Source: Eledone cirrhosa
Taxonomy: Eukaryota
Length of the DNA: 64,000 nucleotides
Assembly (NCBI GenBank): GCA_964016885.1
Contig: OZ024741.1
Span: 201,500,001 to 201,564,000, forward strand
Direction: 5' to 3'
This document shows, piece after piece, positions 12,721-25,044 of the stretch (positions within the stretch are counted from its first letter, which is position 1; each line of letters begins with the position of its first letter). Both the position numbers and the translations under genes were made by a program. The notes beneath the pieces were generated by a model. That model was not told the DNA's origin. It was given only the letters and a program-made list of their open reading frames with translations, and did no database searches.

Positions 12721-12957
12721 AAAAAAACATACTGATAGAGAAGGGGAAACACGAGGAGTAGCACATGTATTTAACAGTAACGAAAGGGAGAGAGGGGAAG
12801 AAGTTAAACCGACGGGCGGGCAAAATGGAGAGTGGAGAGAAATACATCTGTTCATGGCGAGAACAGGCACAAAGAGGGAGAGGCAAAGGAAAACGGAAGT
12901 AGTAAGGAAACAGAGAGAAAGAGGATAAGTGAGTGGGAGAGAGCAAGTGAATGGGAG

Positions 12958-13004
<47 letters not shown>

Positions 13005-13114
13005 GGGAGAAAAGGAAGACATACATACATACATACATACATACATACATACATACATACATACATACATACATACATACATACATACATACATACATAC
13101 ATACATACATACAT
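12958..13114. repeat. (GAAA)n and (ATAC)n microsatellites
   Basis: Direct reading. Confidence 0.95.
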
Positions 13115-14644
13115 CTGGAACTCATTAAAATGTACACACAAACAAACACATACATACACACAATGTGTTTACAAATCAATCATGTTGCTACAATGTGAAG
13201 TTCATTTTCCAATCACAAGATTCTGTGGTCTAACCTTATATTTGTCTCTGAAAATGATTATTTCTCCAAAGTTACTCATACATTTAATCTGTATGTCATT
13301 TGTACATATGTACTGAATATTTATGTAATTATATCCTAGAATTAATTCGTGTAAATATCATTTTTATCTTTAATCACTTCCACGTGTTAGTAATCAACAT
13401 AAACTACAGTGTTTCTCTTATGCATAAATTTATCAAAACACAAATTTCCCAGTTTGTATGAGTGTTCATATATACAGTAGTCCTGGTATATATATAGTAT
13501 ATCAATCCTGGACTCCAAAAGGTAAATATGTTCAATGCTAATGTTGTCATTATTGATGGCACTAGTCTACTAGTAACAGAATAATAGCTAAGTAATATTT
13601 TTTTCTCACTTTGAAAGGATTTTATATTTATTGTTTTAGATAACCAGCAAGGACCTTACCTAAGATATACTCACAAGATACAAAATAATCTCATTACATT
13701 AAACCTTATTCTACCACAGCTTTTGGTCAGACCAAACTATATGAATGAAATTTGTTATTGTTGTTATTTAGCTCCTGGTCAAATAGACCAATGATCCAAG
13801 GCATTCCAGTAAGGACCAGCCTCTCTTTTTAGACAGTAGGGATAGAAATTAAACTGCTATTTTTAGCAGGCTGGATGACTACTTACAGCCTCTGTCATCA
13901 GTTCAATAAAATTGGATAAAAGGACACTGTATGAAAGTTTGTCACAGTAATTTATCTATAAATATAGCTTTCCCATGTTGGTGAGTGTTGGATAGGTTGT
14001 TACAGACCAAGCAGTGCTTAATCAGAGCTACTGTCCTTCTAGATAAGTTAGGAGTTCATGTCTCACTTACATACATTCCAGTTTTGACATGGTTTCTTCA
14101 GTTGGATGTCCTTCCTAATGCCAACAACTTTACAAGAGTGTACTGGGTGCATTCTATCATGGAAAATTGGCAAAGCCATTAAAACATCGGATAGAATGCT
14201 TTGCAATGTTCTTCTTGCATATGAGACCGTTGCTGTCTCAGGTTGTTGTCATTTATCTAATTGAGATCAGAGATCAGTGATCAGTTTTCAGAGCCTATCA
14301 TGAGAAGGCCGATAACTTGGGCCTCCTTGCAGTATTAAACAGGCTCTCTACACCAAGGTCAACTTTGCTGTTCAGGTCAATAAATAATATAGCAGTCCAG
14401 TACTAGGGTTTATTTTTCTTATTTTTCTTCTCTTACTACCTTTCTCCCACTCCTTCTCTTTTCCTCACTTCCTTTCTCTCACTCCTTCTCTTTGTCGCTT
14501 CCTTTCTCTCTTTCTCTCTTGAAGAAATTAGATGTTTGCAGGGCTGGAGAGTGATAGGCTCCACTAGCTTTAAAATATCTGCATGTAACAATAGTACCCT
14601 TATAGTTCCATCCGAGGTTCAGAACCCAAGGAAGGAGGGGAAAT

Positions 14645-14915
14645 ACATACATACATAATGGCAGCTCAATTTTGAACAATACCATCACTTGACACTCCTC
14701 ATAAGCATGAGCAGAATGGACATGGCTTTTTAATCCTACTAGGGACCTACACATTTTTGCACAGATGCAGCAACGATGAGGGTCTCTTGCAGTAAGTGTT
14801 ATGTTCCTGCTTTGGTGCACTTTCATATGACTTTTCAGTTCACTTACTAAGGTACATTCTTTTCCACACTCCTTGCAAACAGAAATGGCATACAATGCAC
14901 AGGGTGAAATCAAGC
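14645..14915 (-). mobile_element. RTE-type LINE 3' end with tandem C2H2 zinc fingers
   Basis: CKECGKECTLVSELKSHMKVH and CCICAKMCRSLVGLKSHVHSAH, then an (ATGT)n tail. Confidence 0.7.
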
Positions 14916-15294
14916 ATAGGCATTCTATGTCTGTGTGTGTGTAGGGAGGTGTAATTATTTCACTCTTTTCTCAGTTCTTTTGACCTATTTTCTCTAATCC
15001 TGATTACGTTGGCACTTATAATCTGACACGCATTGTCTAGCTTCTAAATAGTTAAATTTATTTCCTAGTTATATGCTGTCGAATTCAGGTGTTGCCCTTC
15101 CTTGTCACGTAAGGTGATGTCGAGTATAATTCTCTCCATTTTACGTTGTGCCACAATAAATTAGTTTAAAATTAGTAGTTATCTCCCTTACACTTAAAAA
15201 AATGTCAGCAGCTGAAACTAAGTTCCCTCCCTTCATACATAAAATTTCCCTCCCTTCATACATAAAATTTTATAACATTTTAACCAATAATAAT

Positions 15295-15474
15295 AATTGT
15301 TTCTAATTTTGACACAAAGCCAGCAATAACCCAGTGCATTACTGGTACTTTATTTTATCAACCCCGTAAGTATGAAAGGCAAAGTTAACCTCGGCGGGAT
15401 TTGAACTCAGAATTGCAAGGGCCGTAACTCTATGCGTGGCGTCCGACCCTCTACCGATACTGCCAATCCACCAT
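15295..15474 (-). mobile_element. SINE family A
   Basis: Reverse complement of 8071-8259. Confidence 0.88.
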
Positions 15475-15479
15475 TAACC

Positions 15480-16745
15480 AATAATAATAATGAAATTATT
15501 ATGTACAGTGCTCAGGTGCACTACAACTCATCAAAGGTGTATGTATAGTACATAGAATAATATTCAAATGTCAGGGAAGTGAATAGTGTATGAGTCATGA
15601 TATACATATTAGGTGTAGCGTTGGAGAATCTCAGGAAGCATGGAGGTTTTAAAGATGCAGTGTCTCAACAGCTAATAACTGATGCAGGTAGTTTGTTCCA
15701 TGCTTCAGCAACTCTGAGCGTGAAAAGTTGTTTCCGAAAGTCATGGGAGCTGTGCTGTTTTCTGGGCATGCCCACGTGTGTTAGACACATGGAAATCAAA
15801 AAGGTACTCAGGGTTGTTGTTGACAAGATGATTAATAATTTTGTGGGTGTTTACCAAGTCCATTGCCAGACTTCGGAGCTTCAATGTATCCATGCCCAGG
15901 GAAGCAAGGCGTTCAGAGTATGGTAGATGCCTGATGGAGGGTATTCGCTTGGTTGCACATTTCTGAACAGTTTCCAGGCGGTCAATGTTCTGAGCAAGCT
16001 AGGGGTTCCAGACTGGTGATGCAAATTCTAAGTGTGGACGCACCATAGTTATATACAGCTTTAAATAGATAGCTAGAGAGTGGCTGACAAAGGTCTTGCT
16101 GAGTGATGCTAAGATACCCTCGGCCTTCTTGACAATTTTAGAGACATGCTTCGTCCAACACAAATCGCTGCTGACAGTAATGCCCAGGTCACGTTCACAA
16201 GAAGGCTTCTTGATATTAGTGTTGTGGAGGGAGTATGTGGACGCTGGGTTTTTACTCCCAAAATGCATGGTGGTACACTTGTCCACAGCTAGCTTGAGTT
16301 TCCAGTCCATGATCCACTGTTGCATTGTGTCCAGGTCAGATTGCAGGCAAGATCTATAGTGTTCAGGATCTGTCCTTTTTATCTCAAGGTACAGCTTGAT
16401 GTCATCTGCATATTTTAGTACTGTGGTATTCTTTAAGTTGGCATCTATGTCATTAATATATGCCACAAACAAAAGGGGGCCAAGAACATATCCCTGTGGT
16501 ACACCAGACGATATCTCAAATGGTGAGGAATGCTGTCCTAGAACCGTGACTACCTCTCTTCGGCTGAGAATGAAGGACTTCAACCAGTTTAAAAGATCAT
16601 CCTTCACACCCATTGCAGAGAGTTTTGCCATAAGTCTTTTGTGTGACACAGAATTGAAAGCTTTAGCAAAGTCAAGGTAAACAACATCCACCCATGAGCC
16701 GCCATCAGTGATCTGGGTGATGTCTTCAAGAAGAATTGTTTTTAA
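15480..16745 (-). mobile_element. CR1/L2-group LINE, 5'-truncated
   Basis: VYLDFAKAFNSV, SGVPQGYVLGPLLF, KYADDIKLY, ERDLGI, VRPHLEFASPVWNP. Confidence 0.9.
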
Positions 16746-16749
16746 TATT

Positions 16750-17112
16750 TGGAAATCAAACGTCATATCCAACTTGCAGTTGATAGGTTTGATGCCAAGT
16801 GCTGCATGGCTGGAATGAAAATCAGTGCTGCGAAAATGGTGACACTCATCCTCTTAAGGAAGCCTGCACAGTGCACTCTACATATGAATGGAGCTCCATT
16901 GAAGCAGGTGGAGAAGTTCAAGTATCTCAGGGCCATGTTCATGAGTGATGGAAGGTAGAAGGCTAAATTAAGTGCAAGAATTGCAAGAGCTGGTGCCAAC
17001 TTCAGCATTCAGTAATCAGAAGAGCAGTAAGCCAAACTTGCTATCTTTAATTCAGTGTTCATGTCAACCCTTACCTATGATCCTGAATCTTGGGTAATGA
17101 CTGAAAGAATAC
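16750..17112 (+). mobile_element. RTE LINE fragment, similar to 40050-40420
   Basis: AGMKISAAK...LKQVEKFKYL. Confidence 0.8.
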
Positions 17113-19229
17113 CACAAACTGTTAAAGTAACAGCTGCTTTTCGATAGATTTGTCATTGAGCCTATAACAGTGGAAACTTTTAGAATTCTTGGCCCTTGAA
17201 CCTCCTCCCTACTCACAACTATCAGAACAAAGTTGACCACTCACAGGTGTGTGATCTGCAAGTGGTAATGGCTATTTTAAATAAGTAAAACTATTTTACT
17301 TCTGTTTGACCCAATTGGTAATAACATTCAGTAACTGGCTGTATCTATAAATCCAGTCATTATTTTGACATCAAATGCAGGGGATTGGGAAAATCAGCAG
17401 TTGTCATAATTTGCATTGCACCCACCCCTTTTTCACCCCTTAATATCATCATCATTATTGATTTCAAGTTAGCGAGTGAGCCCCTTTGCGTTCGCTGGAC
17501 TTGCTAAAAATAACAGCCAAAATCCTTCAAAGTGCACTTTTAAAAAAACACACTTGAACGTGAAAGGTCATGTTGATTAATAGATATACAAAAAGACATG
17601 ATGGTACTATTAGAATGTCTTCAATAACAGGTCAGCTCAATCAGGGTTAATGTGGGGCTTAGATTGTTATCATTGCCATTTTAAATACCTATTTCCTTAT
17701 ATTATCATCATTGTTTAATGCATTTTCGTCCAGAGATCATGTCATGTTCATATGAATCAGTATTTTGGCTTGGTGTCTACACCTCAATACCCTTCCTAAC
17801 ACCAACCACGTTACAGTGTTGACTAGGTGCTTTTTAGTATGGCACTGAAACTATCACCTTACAGGGTGGACTGGGTGTTTTTTGTTGTGTCGTCAACATG
17901 ACCACCTTACAGGGTCGACTGTCCATTTTTTGTCATGTCATCAGCAGGACCACAATACAGTGCGGACTGGGTGCTTTTTCTCGTATTACCAATACAAGCT
18001 TACAGGATGAGCTGGGTGCTTTTGTCGTTGTGAAAAGAGATCAGCATACATGGTGGACTTTGAGCATTCAATTTCCAATACTGGCAGTACACTGTGTCCT
18101 TGAAAAAGACACTTTGTTTCACATTGCTCCAGTTTCTGTGAAACGCTCAGCCACTTACACGTTCCTTTCATGAACAAGGAGTTCTGCTGATGAAATCAAC
18201 AGGAGCACTCATCAGAAATGACAGAAGTCCCGTCGTAATTTTGGCTGTGGTAACAAAATATGGTAATCACATATTGAAGAGGGCTTTCATTTTTAGTATT
18301 ATAGTTTAGCTGTGTAAGTGGTTTGTAGGTGTGGTTTGAGAACAAGTTGTGACGAGGCAGAGTGCATGTTTTGTGTACTTTATGGAATATTGTGGTTTGT
18401 TGTAGAGTCATTAGGGAGGCACATGGCAAGCAGGATTGGCATAGTCCATGATAGATACGACCAATAATAAGTGCAAAGGAATAACAGTCTTCATGAGAAA
18501 TTTTGCAAAGCAGGACATGACTGCTTTTGAGCTCCAGGAGGAGTGTAAGGGATTCTTCTCAAAATTCAAGTGGGCCGCAATGTTTTTTAAAAACAAATAG
18601 TAAAGGCAAAGAGCAACAACTGTCATGATCTGACCATAGTCTCCATGAAAATTTTTGCAAAACAAAACACAAAACTGCTTTTGGGCCCCAGGAGGTGAGT
18701 AAGGGATTCCTCTCAAAATTCAAGGGTGCTGAGAGGATTTTCATATTGTCAGCTAAGCCCCTGTTTGGCTCACTAAGCCCTGAACTAATATACCAGAGGA
18801 ATCCCCTTCTTATAGGATGTGTGCCTGACAGAGTTCCCCAAACCTACCCCCAGTAGGGTCTGCAGGCATACATTAATAAAGTGGGAAGTAGAACATGTGC
18901 ATTATATCCAGACTGCCACATTGCACCTATACAGTTGATCACAGTATGATGGAGTATGTAGTATGTTCTTTGGTACTGCAGAAATATAGTATAACTGGAA
19001 AAAAAGATCAGTGGATATGTTTGGTCATTCAGCTAATTTCCTGCATGCTATAGGTTAACTCTGTCAGAACTGACCTGGGATAATACATCAATAACTATTA
19101 CACACAGCATAATAAATGAATTATATAATTACTTTTATTACGACAGTTTTATTTAACATATTAGTTTTTTTAAATGTTATAACATTATATATAAACCTAT
19201 TGCAATTATTATTTATAAATGCTTAAGAG

Positions 19230-19600
19230 TGCTGGATTGGTTGAGTTATTAGAGCATTGGACAAAATACTTTGTAGCATTTATTATTCTGAGTTCAAATC
19301 CCACATAGATTAGCTTTGCCTTTCATCCTTATGGGCTCAAATAAGCGACTTTCTCCTCTTCCAAAATTGTTGGCCTTAAGTCTAAGTCAGAACCATTATT
19401 TATAATTTATATTATTTATACATAGCGGCAGTAGATTGGCAGTATCGGTAGAGTGTCAGACAATATGTTTTGTAACATAGACTAACGGCTCTTTACATTC
19501 TGTGTTCAAATCCCACAGAGGTTAGCTTTGCCTTGCATCCTTATGAGGTCAATAAAATAAAGCACCAGTCATACACTGGGGTCCATTTAATTGACTTTCC
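19230..19600 (+). mobile_element. Two degenerate SINE family A copies
   Basis: GTTCAAATCCCAC...TTTGCCTT(T/G)CATCCTTATG twice. Confidence 0.75.
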
Positions 19601-19604
19601 TCCG

Positions 19605-20112
19605 ATAAAGTCAAAAATAAGAGAAGATAACTGGGAAGATATTGCTTTAGATCAATCATCTTGGAGAAAAAAGTGTTTAATGGAAAACAGGAATTTCAAA
19701 AATCTCGTGTGGAGCATGAAAAATTAAAGGGAGGTCTCTGTAATATTACTTTAACTGGATTTTCAGATGCTCAAAATGACTTTATGTGCCTCAGTAAAGC
19801 TGGTCTTAGAAGTCATCATAGAAGCCATGTACAAAATGTTGCCAATTATGGTCTCTTTGGCATTTCTTCTTATTGGAAGTGTGGAAAACAGTGTGTGTCA
19901 GCCAGTGGACCACAACGTCATTTCAAAACTCACCAAAACAAAACAGGGAACCAAAGTGGAAGTAACGTTTATCACTGTAGCATATGAGGAAAGGAATGTA
20001 GATCCTTGGCAGGGCTAAAGAGTCATGTTCGTGCCACTCATGTGTAAGAGGGGCATCAGGTGGTGGTAATTCTTGAAATCTAGATGCAGCCATCATGTAT
20101 ATATGTATGTAT
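19605..20112 (+). mobile_element. RTE-type LINE 3' end with about three C2H2 fingers
   Basis: NWEDIALDQSSWRK, CLSKAGLRSHHRSH, KCGKQCVSASGPQRHFKTH, (ATGT)n tail. Confidence 0.75.
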
Positions 20113-20270
20113 GGTTGGGTCGTCGGTGACTAAACCGGCAACCCCACCAAGTTTACTTGGTGAGGAGGGTGATTTTGGACACCTTGCAGGACAAAAAACA
20201 AAACCTGACAAAGGGCGGAAGAACTCATAAGAATCAACGGCCATCCAAAAATGCGTAAATATGTATGTAT
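20111..20270 (+). mobile_element. Interspersed repeat; second copy at 40960-41115
   Basis: Near-identical ATGGTTGGGTCGTCGG...AAAGGGCGGAAGAACTCATAAGA...GGCCATCCAAAA followed by (ATGT)n. Confidence 0.65.
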
Positions 20271-20562
20271 ATGCACGGTGACATAGAAATAGTCGGGCTG
20301 GATATCCAATCGCGCGGTTAAACTCCTGGGAGTGAAGGACCCCTAGCCTTTGTCAGAGCATTCTTCTAGGAGACATACTTTTAGAGATATTCTTCAACTC
20401 TGACATAAAACCTGTGGTTACCAATGATGTTGATCTCTTCTTCTTTTCAGGTTATAGCTACTGTTGCTCAGAGAGTGGGATTGGCTCAGTGCAGTCTTTC
20501 CTCACTTTAAAAATAATCTCCACCACATGCATTGCACAATGGCATTAATTGATAATTACTAA

Positions 20563-20712
20563 TAATTGTTTCTACTTTAGGCACAAGGCCAGCAATTACC
20601 CAGTGCATTACTGGTACTTTTATTTTATCGACCCCGTAAGGATGAAAGGCAAAGTTAACCTCTGCGGGATTTGAACTCAGATCGTAAAGGGACGTAACTA
20701 TGCTGGAAAGCA
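20563..20712 (-). mobile_element. SINE family A, 5'-truncated
   Basis: Similarity to 8071. Confidence 0.85.
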
Positions 20713-21133
20713 ATGGCCATACTCAATAACGAGGAGGCAGCCACCATATTCGTATGTATATATGCAAATACTTTATATAAATGGGTGGTCAGAGTTTCCA
20801 AAGCAGATATTAAATATGGGTGAACTTGTATGCAGAAAGTGTGCTCAATACAAACTAAGGTTGCAGTTTAAGGACTGTGTAAAGTCAACTTTAAAAGCAT
20901 TGAAAATAGCTGGAGTCAACTGGGAAAGAAATGCTTTTGATCATCAACAATGAAGAAAATTAATAAAAGATGGTGCAGATGTTTTTGAAAAAGCATGCAC
21001 TGCTTCTGCTTCTATGAAATAAAACAACCCATTTTAAAGGGTTCCTATATAAATTTAAATCTTTCAACATAATTAGATATATGAACTATTTGTTAAATTA
21101 TATTACAAATGCCATCTTAAGATGAGAGGGTAT

Positions 21134-21178
21134 ATAGTCTTGATAAGGGGAAATAACTCCAAAACAATTGTCGACTGT
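21134..21178 (+). ncRNA. Type I hammerhead, U3-A8 core, G12A change
   Basis: atagtc TTGATAA gggg-aaataa-ctcc AAAA C aatt GTC gactgt. Confidence 0.65.
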
Positions 21179-21332
21179 TTTCTCTCTTCTACTGCTGGAA
21201 CAAAAGGATGACGTCAGTCACCTAGAAAACACACATGGTGTCATGAGGCTGTTTGCTTGTAAACGAACCAAATATTAATAATACTAGCAGAATGGCCCGG
21301 CGTTGCTCAGGATTTGCTCTAGGGTTCTTATA

Positions 21333-22167
21333 CAGGGTGCAGACAACATCTGTTCGCAATTTTCAACTGCTAATTTTATGCAAATTTTTTTTACTTCCGT
21401 TGTCACTCTTGTCTTCATAAAAACAGTGACTATATTTCCATTATTTATTTTCAGAATAATTGATTATGAATAATTTTGAACCTTCAAATTTGGAATCCGC
21501 GCCGGGAGGACAAATAAGGAAATTTCAGACTTTCTCAGTGTCAGCAGGAGAATGGTGTCTCATCCAAAGACGTCCCCAGAGTCATGCAGACAAAGTTTCC
21601 AGCGACAACATTGGTCTTAGGTGTCGTCAGCAGTCAAGGTGACGTCATTCCACCTCACTTCTTCCCTGAGGGCCTCAAGCTGAACACCGATGGCTACATC
21701 CACGTTCTGAGCGAGGTAGTAAAGCCCTGGATTGACCAGGTAGCTGCAGGTAGGTCGTACGTGTCGCAGCAAGACTCAGTGCCCTGCCATACCAGCCGAA
21801 AGACCCAAGCCTGGCTGTTAGAGAACTTCGTCGACCACACTTCACCTGAAATCTAGCCTCCCAGCTCGCCTGACTGCAACCCTCTCGACTTCTTTGTGTG
21901 GGGCGCAGTGGAACGAGACATCAACAGATCTAGCTGCAATACGAAAGACGATCTGAAGGCCAGGATCACAAGTGCCTTTAGTCGAGGGACAGTGACGAAG
22001 GCCTGTAGCCGGTTCTGAGGCCGCCTTGAGGCCATCATCAAAGCCAATGGCGAGTTTATCGATGAAGACAAACTGACCCAAGTTTGATAAATATATCTTA
22101 AAAAATAAAACTACTGTGTTATTTTTCCTAGACAGTAATCTTGTGAACAGATATCCTCCGCACCCTG
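21333..22167 (+). mobile_element. Tc1/mariner DD37D (maT-type) deletion derivative
   Basis: TIRs CAGGGTGC...GCACCCTG with TA TSD; QQD-37 aa-D ending SPDCNPLDFFVW. Confidence 0.9.
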
Positions 22168-22266
22168 TATATTTGATATATATTTATCCTTATCGAGCCT
22201 CGTGAAATAAATACGTTTGTTTATATTTTGTTATTGTGTATGCAAAAATATCTGTACACGAATATA

Positions 22267-22307
<41 letters not shown>

Positions 22308-22310
<3 letters not shown>

Positions 22311-22504
22311 AACCAGTAAGACCCCGACAGCTGAGCTCAAGCCGTTTCGACGGCTAATTCTGGACTCAGTCCAGAATTAGCCGTCGAAACAGCTTGAGCT
22401 CAGCTGTCGGGGTCTTACTGGTTCCTATTACCCACTCTACTACCTCAAGTATTGAGTACTTTGGTGCGTTATGGTCCACCTGGTTCCTTACCACATTTCC
22501 TTCG

Positions 22505-22507
<3 letters not shown>
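22308..22507 (+). mobile_element. Palindromic TA-embedded terminus carrying the 3' half of a hammerhead
   Basis: About 60-bp inverted arms centred near 22366; GAAAC agcttgagctcagct GTC ggggtc. Confidence 0.7.
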
Positions 22508-22563
<56 letters not shown>

Positions 22564-22585
22564 GTATAATAAACAATACAATATA

Positions 22586-22645
22586 ATTACCAGAGGTTTC
22601 TCGAATAAGACAATACAAGAAACGTCCTCATTCGTTCGTCGGACA
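22586..22645 (-). ncRNA. Hammerhead-like motif, CCGACGA core, poor stem I
   Basis: Minus strand: CCGACGA a cgaatgaggac...gtcttattcg a GAAA cc-tct-gg TA. Confidence 0.45.
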
Positions 22646-23468
22646 AGGCAATTTAAAACAGTGAAATATTTGAAAAATCTCCTCAAGAAAGGCAAAAGTT
22701 TAATGGGCAAAAAATATATAAATAAAAGTATTGCAAGAGATATATAAAAATAAAATAAGGAAATATAGTTAGGGTATGTGTATAAATGTATGTATATTCA
22801 CTCACAAATGTACATATGTGTGTATGTACAAATGCATGTGTATGGTGAAAAAATGTGTGCGTAAGTACATATATGAGGGCAAGCATATCAGTGTATGTGT
22901 GACCACAAATAGGTATATAATATATGTTGAAAAAGAAATTGTAAGATAATAGAGTTAACGTACATCCAGACTCAGGTACTAAGGATTGAAATATATACAC
23001 ATACAAGTATGAAAGCACACGTATAAACACACACACACGCGCAACCACATACATGCGAGTGATATATACAGGGAAGGGAGTGTATCAGTCAAAGCAGTGT
23101 CAGGCTGAAGGTCGATCCATATATAAAAATGAAAAAAAAGAAAAAATATATGTGAATAAAAAAATTAAATCAAAGAGAAAGTAAGAGGGAGGGGTTATCA
23201 ATTATAAAGTAACACTAGAAAAAATAGAAAACAAACATAGGTTCGTACATACACATATATATATAAAAATATATATATAAATACGTACAGACAAAAGCAC
23301 ATACATGCGTACATACATACAAAGGCGCGCATACATACACGGGAAGCACATATATATATACGTAAATGTACATCTAATCACACGCACGCGCGCGACTATA
23401 TATATATATACACGTATATATATATAGAGAGTGATTACAGTAATCAAAGTTCAGTTTAAGTCATTTAT

Positions 23469-23517
23469 TTGCTTACAATTGTTTCCTCCAAACCGAGGTT
23501 TGGATTCTTCGGAGCAA
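23469..23517 (-). ncRNA. Type I hammerhead, CCGAAGA (U4C) core, in PLE 3' region
   Basis: Minus strand: ttgct CCGAAGA a tccaaacc-tc-ggtttgga g GAAA C aatt GTA agcaa. Confidence 0.75.
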
Positions 23518-25044
23518 CTATTTACTGATCTATAACATACTTGACCTCCTTTTCAACCCAAGAGACACATAAAACATATGCGCATATTGATCAACAGTGG
23601 GGTGACATTCATCAAATGATATAGCATGGCAATTTACATATAAAGGTTACAGGATAAAAATAAAATAAAAACAAGAGTGAAAATAAAGATAAACATGAAG
23701 CGTTGGCAGTCTATGAAGATAAAGCAAGAGGAAAGCTTAGAGTAGTCAGTGTATGAAACAATCTCCAGTGTAGCATGCACGCGTGTCTTATTTATACATG
23801 ATTAGAGTGCGTCAGAATGATATTTGCAGGGTCAGGCAGTTGAAGCAGGCAATCGATCTTATTATGTAGGCTGAATTATTAAGTCATTTATTCTCATACA
23901 TCTGTATGATATACAGTCTCGGATGCGGTGAAACACCAAAATATCAAAAACTTTCAACATACTATAAACCTTATTGTATCGTAGGCAAGGCCGTACCACT
24001 GTCCCTGGTCACACCGCCACTCACATAATCCATGAGACGCAATATATATAGAGAACACGCGTCTATCGTATAATTCGCGGTGGTTCAGCATATAGTCAAG
24101 CTATAAACCGTATCCAGTCGGTTCTTAATTAATAAATCATGCTGTCCAGATTCCGGAAGTGCCTGAATGACTAAGGGGAATTAATGCGTAAGGGGAGGTA
24201 ACTAGCTAGTTATCTTAGTTACATTACTATCCTAAACTACATTAATGGTGATTCAAATACGTGCCTATCATGTGAAGTTATAACTAATATCTAGAGTATG
24301 TTACCCATTTATAGGTTAGGGGGTTGTCCATTAAGAAGTACAAGGGTGTATATATTAGGATGATTACCATCCATTAATTAAGGGGTGTCATATCTGAACG
24401 TTCTATAAGAGGAGTCAGACTCTCAAGTCACTGCTCCATGCAAATGTAATATAACAGTAGGACCTGGTATGGTCCCACTATTATATATGCCACCCGGTAG
24501 GCTCCGGGTCATTGCAAGCCTGCATCTCCAGTAAATCTTCGGTATGGTCCGGAGATCCAATCTCTCATATAAATGCACTAGTCTGGCCATCAAGCAATAG
24601 ACAACCCCCGTCTCAAATATAAATCAATTATGTATCACATCTACAAGCTAGAGTGGAGTCTATTAATAGGTACTAAAGGAGTTCACATCAAGATGGTTAC
24701 GTGCATAATTCATTGAACTGATCGCTTACAGTATATATTCACATAACAATACGATTATCTATCTAATCAATCTATCTCTTGGTGGTAATCCATGCACAGG
24801 ACTATGCTATCGCAACCAGTACCGTGTCCCCAATCTATACTAATCTTATATTTGTGCAATGCAGAATAAGTAGTCCACGGTCGAGATATCAGTATTAGAG
24901 GTACAAGGGGGTATTCCCAGGGTAGGTGGTACTAAAATGCTGTCAGTATTATCTTTAGAGTATAGAGATGGGTGTGGATGTGAGGTGTAAGGTGTGCTAC
25001 TGATGTTAATTGCTAGGGGTGGTGCCGGTTCCAGTCTGACATTA

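Noticed and set aside
13200-13960. Possible host exon in repeat-poor sequence
   Set aside because: No recognisable protein or convincing splice-site pair; cannot be supported without RNA data
17790-18030. Repeat-spacer-like arrays (also 30130-30320, 33150-33640, 57600-57780)
   Set aside because: Degenerate tandem amplifications of a SINE tail segment
20111-20500. HDV-like ribozyme in a possible RTE 5' region
   Set aside because: Could not fit the nested double pseudoknot by eye; needs a descriptor search
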